DNA from: Chromera velia
Lineage: Eukaryota
Direction of reading: 5' to 3'
Assembly: GCA_018398765.1 (NCBI GenBank)
Contig: JAHBMJ010000338.1
Coordinates: 1 to 49,901 of the forward strand
DNA: 49,901 bases
Below the pieces are notes generated by a model that saw only the letters and a list, made by a program, of their open reading frames with translations, was not told the DNA's origin and made no database searches. Numbering within the stretch: the stretch's first letter is position 1; each line of letters opens with the position of its first letter. Shown here piece by piece: positions 36,785-46,621 of this stretch. Both the position numbers and the translations under genes were made by a program.

Positions 36785-39304
36785 TGCTTTATCCCTCCTG
36801 TCCAGCCACCTTATGGCGTCCAGACAGAAGGTAAAGCGAGGATAAGAACCTTAGGAAGATCTAGAGAAGGAACATGAGCAACACTCAGTCAGGCAACAGC
36901 TTACAGAAGGTTTGTCCCTACATCAGTTTAAGTTCTAATGCGATCTGGTATTCCAATCGGCTGGATTCATTCTATCATACACGGTTTCTGCTTATTCTTT
37001 TCTCTCAGACTTCTTAATCTATGGTAAACAGACATCAGACTCGAACAATGCTATCCGTTGCTCAAGTGACATGTTGTTTGAATGCGAAGGTCAGACTCGA
37101 CTCCGACAACTTTGATCGATGCGTGCGATACGTACGAAGCAAAGCGCGGCGGCGGAATATGGCGTCGGCATGCGGGCTCTCTCAGTCACGGCGTATGCGA
37201 AGGCTCAAAGGGCGGTGCCACAGGGTAGGACTCCACAGATCCCCCCCGGCCACGGACAGAGAAATCGCGTCTTTGTGATAAATGAAAGAACGGGTCGAGT
37301 ATGCGCTTCAATGCCCGAAGTCGATCTCATCCAAGTCACCATAGATGTCGTTAGCGCTTTAAAAACTTCATCTCGATGGCATCCGTGTCTAAAATCTCCG
37401 GGGGGCCACGTAAATCACCTCCGTACATACACTCAGAACGATCTCAAAACGCCACGATGTGTGAGGCGTGCTCGCAAGTCCAAGGTCACCCAGAGATAGG
37501 CGCCCGATGCAGATACTGGTGGCACCAATAAAAGCACTCGTCTACCGTATATGTATGTCGTCGACCGGAAGACTCGATTAGAGTCATCAATCTCCAGCAC
37601 CAGCCAGTTTAGGAGCACGGCGGCCATGCGTATGCGTCCAACTTGGAGTAACACACTGTTATTGAATTGTTAACAGCTGCAAAGGGATGTAGAAAAAAGA
37701 AAAGGGTGCAGCTACACACTGCTCCACTCATAGCTTCCTGAAAGCTTGTTTATGTGTCAGCCATCCTCGTTCTCACTAAGCTACCATGCCAAACCAAGTG
37801 ACTTCAGAACACTCTGTCACGACCTCACTCCTCGAGGTGTATTGCTCTGATTGTTCGATCGTTTGCTTCATGAGCAGCCATCACCAGCTTCAAATCCTTC
37901 CACCTTCTTACTGTCAGTCAAGAGGAACGGTGCAACCGGGGTTTACCAACCCATCACAGGGGAACCCGGCCATGTGGCAGCAGTCATACACTTAACTTTT
38001 CGTACTTCAGGCCTGCCATTCCCTCAGGAGCATCAAATACATCCAATGCCTCCTGGCTTAACATCAAGATCGAAAGTACAAGTCTTCTCAGCTTCCGACA
38101 GCATGTCACTTTGCAGTGGAAAGAACTCTCTCAGCTGTGCTCTTTTGGAGGGAAATCCCGACGACTTCATGTGTGTGTATACATAATGGATGGAGTGGTT
38201 GTAAGGCCATGGCACACTCAGCCTCCTGGTAAGCGCCCATACCTTTTGCATCATTTTAACATAAAAAGATTATCACACAAAGGTGCCAACCACCATGAAT
38301 AAGCGCACACACCAGCTGACAGAGTCAGACCAAATGTGGACAGTCAGTTATGTGCATGCAGACACGTATACAGCAAACAGCAGAGTCAATGCCGGACATG
38401 CACACGCCGGTTCCGATCGATCAGGTACAGAACTAGTCATACACTCACAGAACAGCAAGCAAAAGAAGCAATCTACTGGCCGTTTTATTTGTGATGCACT
38501 CATAGACGGCAATTTCTATGAGATTGAGTCACTTCAAAGTCTACGTAACACCAAGCAACATCTCTACGATCGGTTCCATGCAGAGGTCTCCGATCCACTT
38601 CTCCAATCAGGAACGCCACCCCGAGTTCCTAGTCCACCACGATGATCTCAAAAAGAGGGCTCCGGGCAGCTTCGGACGCAAGAGGACGCTGAATTCCCCT
38701 ACTCACAGTCTTTGCCTGACCGTGCGCGTATCGTTGCAATCGGTTTCCAACTGTTGCGCAAAAGGACAGATCTGGTCTCCATCACAGAAGGTATTCGGGA
38801 GTTGATACTCATCGAGCTCAGCGTTCACCACAATGCTTTGTCCCTCCTGTCCGGCCACCTTATAGTGTCCAGACAGAAGGTAAAGCGAGGATAAGAACCT
38901 TAGAAAGATTTAGAGAAGGAACGTGAGCAATACTCAGTCAGACAACAGCTTACAGAAGGTTTGTCCCTACATCAGTTTAAGTTCTAGCGCGATCTGGTAT
39001 TCCAATCGGCTGGATTCATTCTATCATACACGGTTTCTGCTCATTCCTCTCTCTCAGACTTCTTGATCTGTGACAAACAGACATCAGACTCGAACAATGC
39101 TATCCGTTGCCTAGTCTGTTGCTTAAGTAATATGTTGACAATGTTTGAATACAAAGGTCAGACTCGACTCCAACAACTTTGATCGACGCACGCGGCACGT
39201 ACGAAGCAAAGCGCGGCGGCGGAATGTGGCGTCAGCACGCGGGCTCTCTCAGTCACGGCGCATGCGAAGGCTCAAAGGGCGGCGCCATAGGGTAGGACTC
39301 CACA
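36785..39304 (-). mobile_element. Non-autonomous LTR element (TRIM/LARD-like), LTRs 36785-37237 and 38834-39304
   Basis: 453/471-bp TG...CA direct repeats. 4-bp TSD aagc/aagc. PBS-like TGGTGAACGCTGAG 3 nt after the right LTR on the minus strand. PPT-like GGGGGGGA next to the left LTR. The 1.6-kb interior has no recognisable pol. Confidence 0.9.
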
Positions 39305-41206
39305 AAGCATATATAAGTCTTATAAAGAGAACAGCTAGCATGCCTCAACAGACGTAAAATTAAAATGCACAGAATAACACGTACAGATAAAAGTAAGTGC
39401 AAGGTAGGTATACATACGGAGATTTAGAAGATAATGATCGAGGTAGGCACAAATGTCAGAGAAGCTCAAACTGAGATAAGCCAGGCAGAGACACCGAGAT
39501 TTGAAAGGCAACAGGGAGGGACGATAAAATTTAGAAACCAATCAGGCAAACAGATTTTTTGATTTTTTTTAAATCCTGACTTGATTTCTAAGTATTAAAA
39601 ACATTAAAATAAGTGTTTAAAACTGTAGATTAGGGGTTGCACTGCAAGCAAATTTTTTTTTAAAAACTTAATTGTTTTCTCATTTTTTTTTTCTGGCAAA
39701 GCTTGGTAATTAGAGTCAATTACCGGTAATCCGGTAATTACCGGTAGAGAGGGGTCATTACCAGACAAAAAAATAACCCTAAAAATTACTAGCAAAATTA
39801 AAGTCATTCAATTTTAATTTACTACTAAATTATGTAGCATATGAACTTTATCTAGAACTTTATGCACATCTAATCAATTTGAAAGTTGATCGATAAAATG
39901 ATTAGTCCAATGAGTTTGAGTTACAAAGTAAAACTTGAATTTTTAAATGATGAAGGTATCTTTATACATTCAAGTATTTCTAGATATCCATCCAACAGTT
40001 ATCGTTTTATAGCCGTTATACAACTTATACTAGCCGTTTTATTATCATACATATAGATTCAGTCAGAAACTGGCTTGAAGCAGTGACAGTTATCTAGATG
40101 GTAGCCTGGGTGATACAATTCTAGTACAAATTAACTTGCTACATTAACGTTCAACTAATTTAAAACGTTTCAAATTTTTACTTGTGTCATATAGAATAGT
40201 ACTGTGGTAGTGCTAACAGGGTATCATCATAATATCATGATATTATCATCATTATCATCATACGCCATCGCATGCCATCACTATTAGCATATGAATAGAC
40301 GTTTAGCGTTCGGCAGCAACGCACGAGGCAGTTCTTAGGGCAGTTCAGTTCTTTACCATAACATTTTATTTTTATTTCTACTTAATTCAACCAAGATGTT
40401 TGCTTTCAAACTTTTCTATTTCCGAAGCAGCATGTTTGTGCATGAATTTTTACCGATATCAATGATCATGTCATATATAATGGTACTGTGCTAGTGACAA
40501 GTCACTGACGATAGAGTATCATCATAATATCATAATAATGACATAATGACAATACCACATGTAGTACATGCTAGGCGACGCACAGTGGTAAAAAAAAAAA
40601 AAAAAGACCTTTCCACATTTTTTTTTTCTTTTTTTCTACGAAGGATTTCCTAGAGCACTTCTAGGAGCACCTAGAGGAGCACCTTTTAGAAGTACTTTTA
40701 AATTAACTTCCTCGCAAACTTATTATTCAACTCAAAGTTTTAAACATCTTTTAACTCTAGTTTTAACCCTAATTCTAGTCCTAGTTGTTATTGTACGTTT
40801 GTCTCTACTAGTGTCTTCACTATTCCATCATCGACTTTGTTGAACACGGACCAACCGCTCTTTTTTCCCTTGTTCAACTCCACTGTTACTAGACTTTTCT
40901 CTCTTCTCTTTGCTGTGTCTTTTAAAAAAACTAACCATATCTTCTTGTTTTCCATTCACATTGACTTGCTGCATCATTTGCATCCACCCTTTCTTTCTCA
41001 TAAATTCTGTAGCCACTTCAGTATTATCCCCACGCAGTATCGACTCGTACTCTTGGTTGAACATATAGATAGACACAGATACAAAGACGCACACACATAC
41101 ACATACGTCTGTGGTGGTTCTCTCAAACACATCTGACGTCCTTCTTGCTTCGGAATCCCTCCTCTGAAGGATGCTGGGTGATGGACTAGGTGATGGACCA
41201 ACTGAG

Positions 41207-42318
41207 TAGTGACCATGTTTGATTTGATTTGATTTGATTTGATTTAAGGTAGGGCTTAAGCTCAAATCAAATATCTAGTCAGGGAGGACCTAGTGTTTAA
41301 AGATCTATCAAATACGATCAAATATTTGATCAATATGACTTTCAACCTCAAATATGAAGGTCCCGAAAAAACGAAGAAGGAGGTATTTGTTTTTAGAGCC
41401 GGGTACGCAAAAAAAATATGGTCCGTGCAAAAGGGGGCAAATGTGATTCAGTGTCAGGTGAAAATACAAGGAGCCGAGGAGGAAGGAGAAACTATTTTAA
41501 ATTTTTCTCAAAAATTGGCTGATTAGATTTGTTTCGCGCACCGCGGCCCGGCAACACGCGCGTTTGGGGCTGCGGAAAGCCACAGGGGCGGGACCGCAGT
41601 GCGTTGCATGGCCATGACGCTGACACTTTTCACCTAATTCTATTCAATCAGGTGCAAAACAGGTGTATCAGATGCATCTGGTGCAAAACAGGTGCATCTG
41701 GTGCAACTTCTTGGTTTGTACCTTTTCTGAGGTGCACCTTTTCCAAGCCCTACACCACCGATCGATTCGATTCACATTAAAGAAAGTGATCATGAAGAAG
41801 AGGAAAAGGAAGTGCCATAAAGTTAAGTGATTGTCACCTCAATTTTGGTACGTGTTCTAACTTTATCGTATCAACAAAAAGTCATATGCAATTTCAAATC
41901 TATCAATTTTACGTTCTTAATCTCTATTAGTACTAGAGTGAATCTCAGTGACTAGTGTACATACACTGCCATACAGGCACATTTTTTTTACGGAACTGAT
42001 AAGTTATAATTTTATATGTATTTTTTTAAATTTTTGAAACACACATCAGAAATGTTCTGATAACTATTATCATAAACTGATAAGTTGTAATTATATATAT
42101 ATTTTTTTAAATTTTTGAAACACACATCAGAAAATGTTCAATATAACTATTGTCATGAGAAAAATGATTGAGTGACAGTAAGTCAGTGACTCAGTGAAGA
42201 ACCCTAAGAGGTTAACCTCAAATCTTACCTCAAATATCAAATATTTGAGGTTGAAGCTCAAATCAAATCAAATTAAATCAAATCAAATCAAATATAATTA
42301 AATCAAACATGGTCACTA
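41207..42318. mobile_element. hAT-type non-autonomous element nested in the 40571-43724 element
   Basis: TIR TAGTGACCATGTTTGATTT. Perfect 8-bp TSD caactgag (41199-41206 / 42319-42326). Subterminal (TTTGA)n/(TCAAA)n arrays. Confidence 0.93.
41994..42156. repeat. ~81-bp tandem duplication inside the hAT element
   Basis: aactgataagtt..aatt.tatat..atttttttaaatttttgaaacacacatcagaaatgtt..ataactatt.tcat occurs twice. Confidence 0.9.
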
Positions 42319-44367
42319 CAACTGAGTGTGAGAGACGAGGGAGACAGAGGGAGCAAAGGTGTTTAATCATGGAATATATTTATTCACTAGTTACTTACTT
42401 CAAAAGTAATATAATCAGGAATATATTCACAAATATAATAATTAATTTTTTTTTTTTTAAACACAGTTTATGACTATAAAAAATTGGTTTTGAAAAAGAT
42501 AAACAGGGGCTATCTAGCTGTTAGGCACTGTTAATAGGCAGCCTGAGTAGTGTAACAGTTACTATACTAGACTGTGTTACAGTGTTACTAGAATTTTATA
42601 AAATCTTACAATTTATAAACTTATTAAACTAGCAAATAACATATCATATGAATACGCGGTTGAAAGTTTATACACGTTTTTATTGCATGAACATGCACAC
42701 ACTACACTAAAACACGCATGCACACTGCAGCACACACTGCATAGCGAAACTTGACTCATTTTCAAACTATAGAGTTAATCGTCTGAACATATCAGGCCTC
42801 AGTCATCTCAGACTGGTATCATGGCTTGCTGTGACTTTAAGTTTGCATCTTACCTTGTGTTTAAAACTCATGCATGAAGACCCAATTTTTGATGTAACCT
42901 GTACAATCGGCTATTCGGCTCCGAATGTATGCACCGATGGCCGCGGCGGCTAGTAGGAGCGGTAGGCCGCGCCGGCGCGTGCATGGCTGGCCCGAGCTGC
43001 ATGGGCTGGGCCATGCATGTAGTGCACTGGATGTGTATAAGCCTCTAGGCTACTCCCAAAACATTTGTTTTTATAACGTAAAAAAAAAACCACGTACCAT
43101 TAGAATGACCTAAGGTATTAAAGACTAGTAAGAATCGTACTTTAGCTAATTAATCACTTTATTCAATCACATTCAATCACTTCATGGGATAATTAAATAT
43201 ATTCTAATCACAAGTGACTAAACACCTTTAAGAGGGAGTGACCCGGTCTGTCGTTTCACTATTCATGCTAATTGAAAAATGAATGAAATCTGCGTGTATC
43301 TAGGCGTGTATGGCACTGCACGTAGCGACCATCGCAAAAAGGGATTACAGGGACGAAGGCGAGCGGGCGGGCGAATAGAAAAGGGGGCTCTCTTTTGTCC
43401 TATACAAAGAGTGACAAGAAGGATGGATTCATGGATGCAGACAGAAGAGCAGACAAAGGAGAAGTTCTTTGACTGGCTTTTTGACGATATCTAGGACGAT
43501 ATACATTTCAAAGCTCTAGTCGAAGCTACTTTTGGTCAATCCTTTTAAGCGTCTACCCAACTAAAAGTGAAACTGGGATCCTAGATATGATTGAAACTCT
43601 AGTTGAAGCTAGTCATTTAACCTTTATTTTTTTTTACATATACAATAAAATTTTAAATAAAAAAAAAAAAAAGAATAGACGTTTTCAGATTGTTTTTTTT
43701 TTTTTACCACTGTGCGTCGCCTAAAGTACATGTGACCACCAAATATTCGATCAGACTCAATCCTGTGAGTCATGATACAGGCAGACAACCTAAAACAAGC
43801 CCAAAATTTCATATAAATGCAACGGAATAGTGTTAAAAATGAAGGACTCTGAGCAATTCAACAGAGAAATCGAAGAAAATAATGCAGCCGGCCACGGTCA
43901 TTAGATCATGCTTAGCCTAGTGATCATGCAGAGTAGACAAGGATAGCGACGCTGATCCAGGCAGATCAAAACACCTATTTACGGGAGGGAGCCTTGCCCA
44001 AGATCGAGGACAACAGCCGGACCTGACAGTATACATCTACTGCTCTCTCACAAGAGATCAACCCGAGAAGGAAACGAGCACCCATTCAAGTCGTCAGACG
44101 GGAAACTCGATAGCACATGACAGGGAGAGGAAGGATCAGAAACGACTAACAGGAAACTTCCAACAATTAAGATGCATGCGGAGAAACTCAAAATCGAAAA
44201 CCACACGGGGCTATGCTACAGTAATCTTCCTTTCCCTGTGGCTGCATGCGGGAGTATGAACTGAAAATCATTCCGCCCCAAGATTTGAAGATACCTGCGA
44301 TCAGGTGAGAGACTCAGAAGCCTCAAGCAGCTGTTCCCCTTGCACCCAAAACACCGCTTGCTACAGC

Positions 44368-45126
44368 CTACACGTATGCAGTCCGCTTGCTTTCGGTGAG
44401 GTCAGGCTCGTAAAAGAAGATGTCCTAGAACTGCATATTCCGAAGAACTTCAAAGTCTGCTACGTGGAAGTGGCCGCGGTCCCCCCACTGGCTGCCCCAA
44501 AAGTTCAAAAATGTGACGGAGCCCGGTGCGGCGGCAACGAGCACTACCGCGTGTCCTTGCAGTGGGCCGTTCAATTCTGGAATCTGCACGTCCTCCCTCT
44601 GCATCACCCTCGTCCCAGCTTTTGAGGAAAAACGAGACCACTCATCATTAGCAGAACCATTCGGGTATTTCTTCTTGGAACCATCGAGCGAGACCAGATC
44701 AAATCGGGTGAGCACAGCCCGCCCCTGACGTACTGCCTCAAGTATACGCTTGCCAGATATTTTCTGAAAGCGGAAACGGTAGGGAGGCACAACCGCATGG
44801 AGAATGTCATCGAATGGAACGTTTGGCGGTTTGGGGCCATAGTCTGCGATGATTGCATCCCTGATGGCAGCAAAAGAGGGCACCCCTCCCTCTTGACTAA
44901 CAATACGGAGCATAGCAAAGCGAAGAACCTTTGAGATAGCATGTGCCCAGCACATGGGGCTGCAACCCTGGTTTTCAACGGTGTGAGGGCCGACTGTGAC
45001 TCCCTTCACATTGCCGCTTCGAGCTGTTATTAGTCTGATTAGTGTGGCAGCGAGAAGGACCCACAGCACAAGAACCATGGTTTCGGCCATGGCTGCATTG
45101 TGCGGTTCTGGCAGCCCATTCATCAC
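44368..45126 (-). pseudogene. Papain-like (clan CA, C1-type) cysteine peptidase, probably pseudogenised
   Basis: VENQGCSPMCWAHAI (Gln and catalytic Cys), GHAVVLV (His), FLNFWGSQWGDRGHF (NSWG..WG..G motif with S>F). Coding-like sequence continues in frame past the TAG at 44425 (DIFFYEPDLTESKRTAY). Intronless. Confidence 0.8.
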
Positions 45127-45726
45127 TGAGCCAGGAATATTCGGGGATCACTTATTATCACTAAGTCTTATATCAGCGAGCTCGTGCGCGATGTTACGGA
45201 GAATGGCGTGGTTTTGAACATAATAGCTATTTGAGACAAATCGGCCAGACCTGGAGGGGAAAAATGTGTGGGACGATACACCGCAGTAGTGTGTTTTCCG
45301 GTCTTACGCTGGATTTCCTGTATAGTGAAAGAGCTTTCCACACTACAAAATGTATAAAAGCGAGGTGCTGTCTCCTCAATTGTCTCCTCAATGCATGCAA
45401 AAAGCGCGCGTCAAATCGTCTTCCGAGTTGACAAAAGAAAAATCTTTCTGGGGCCATGCATGCATGCATGCATCGCGAGCAGTTGACGAGCTAATCTGAC
45501 GCAAACAAGCTTGTGAACTAGCTTGTGAGTAAAAGTGATTAATGAGCAGTGTTCCTAGATTCAGAACAGATGGGACGAACCGGAACCTTTTGACAGACTA
45601 GGCTAGATCCGCCCCTCATACACGGGGACGCGGCATGCATAACAAAAACCTCAATCACGCTTGTGAACGGCCCCGGAAAGCAAGAAAAAATGGTAACTGC
45701 ATGGTTGACGCATGCTATATAGCTGC

Positions 45727-46266
45727 ATGAATGTTATGCCGCAGTGGATAAGTTTTTGGGATGGGTATCATTCAGATGGAGGGTGTTTGAGGAGTGTCCA
45801 GGACGGTACGGACACATAGAGGGAGACGCTCTGGCGGCCAGACATACAGGAATCACCGGAAGGTAACAGGCGATCGAGAGACTAACAAAAGAATATGAGG
45901 AGACGATTGATAACTTAGAAACGACCGAAGGAGCGTTAGGGTGGGAAAGGAGGGAGCCACAGAAGAAGATTGATAAAGCGAACAAAAAGAGTGAGAAAGC
46001 CTAAATCGCATGCCGTTTCAGATCGATTTTCAGGCTGGAAAGCCAACACGGATCCAGAGCCGTGGCTCGAACAACGAACAATCATGCAGCAGCGGCCAGG
46101 GTAACAGACTCTGGCGGGCCCTGAGGGCGGGGTCTAATACTTCAGCTTAGGCTGGGGAACGCTCCGCCCTGCTAGCTCTGGCGACAGATAGACATAGCGG
46201 AAAGGTCCTAGGGTAGAACGTATCAATCAATCAATCAATTAATCAATCAATCAATCAATCAATCAA
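45727..46266 (+). mobile_element. Uninterrupted, 5'-truncated copy of the (TCAA)n-tailed retroelement
   Basis: Colinear with 18248-18644 plus 24951-25078; ends in about ten TCAA units. Confidence 0.8.
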
Positions 46267-46621
46267 GTGGATTGAAGCCACACAGAAAAGTGCACTCACA
46301 TGCAGTCAGGGGTGGGATAACCCAGACGTATGTAAGATTTCATATATTTTCTAAAAACTACCGTAGAATGAAAACTAAGTTTAAGAAAATTTAAATCCAT
46401 AACATAATTAATTTTCTTATATGCTCTTAACTATCCTTTATATTTTTTGTATAAAAAACTGAAAAAAAAGTTTATGGATCTGAAATTTACAGGTCGGCCT
46501 GGACTAAAGCTATAAACAAATTTATCAACAATTTTTATAACTTGTTATCATTAAAAAAACCTCAATGCAAACCTTTAAGACTTAATCAAGAAATGACTCG
46601 TAATGACTCCTTAACGCTCAC

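Larger units (their letters stand above)
36464..39781. mobile_element. Probable hAT-like non-autonomous element (TAGGGTT ends, CCGGTAA subterminal repeats) hosting nested insertions
   Basis: tagggtt...aacccta ends, with clusters of accggtaattaccggtagag at both ends (36480-36560, 39700-39765). No clean TSD found. Confidence 0.55.
40571..43724. mobile_element. TIR DNA element (3.15 kb) with 8-bp TSD; TIR CTAGGCGACGCACAGTGGTAAAAAAAA
   Basis: taggcgacgcacagtggtaaaaaaaa is the exact reverse complement of tttttttaccactgtgcgtcgccta (43690-43723). Flanked by agtacatg (40563-40570) and agtacatg (43725-43732). The outermost base is mismatched (c/a). Confidence 0.85.

Noticed and set aside
42925..43030. 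GC-rich hairpin (tgcatggctggccc...gggctgggccatgca) as an ncRNA
   Set aside because: Short imperfect palindrome inside a transposon, with no RNA-family features
40581..43714. Canonical Transib with a 5-bp TSD, or a true 12/23 RSS pair
   Set aside because: Flanking pentamers are inverted, not identical; the inverted repeat extends 9-10 bp further out to an 8-bp TSD; nonamers are not distinguishable from poly-A
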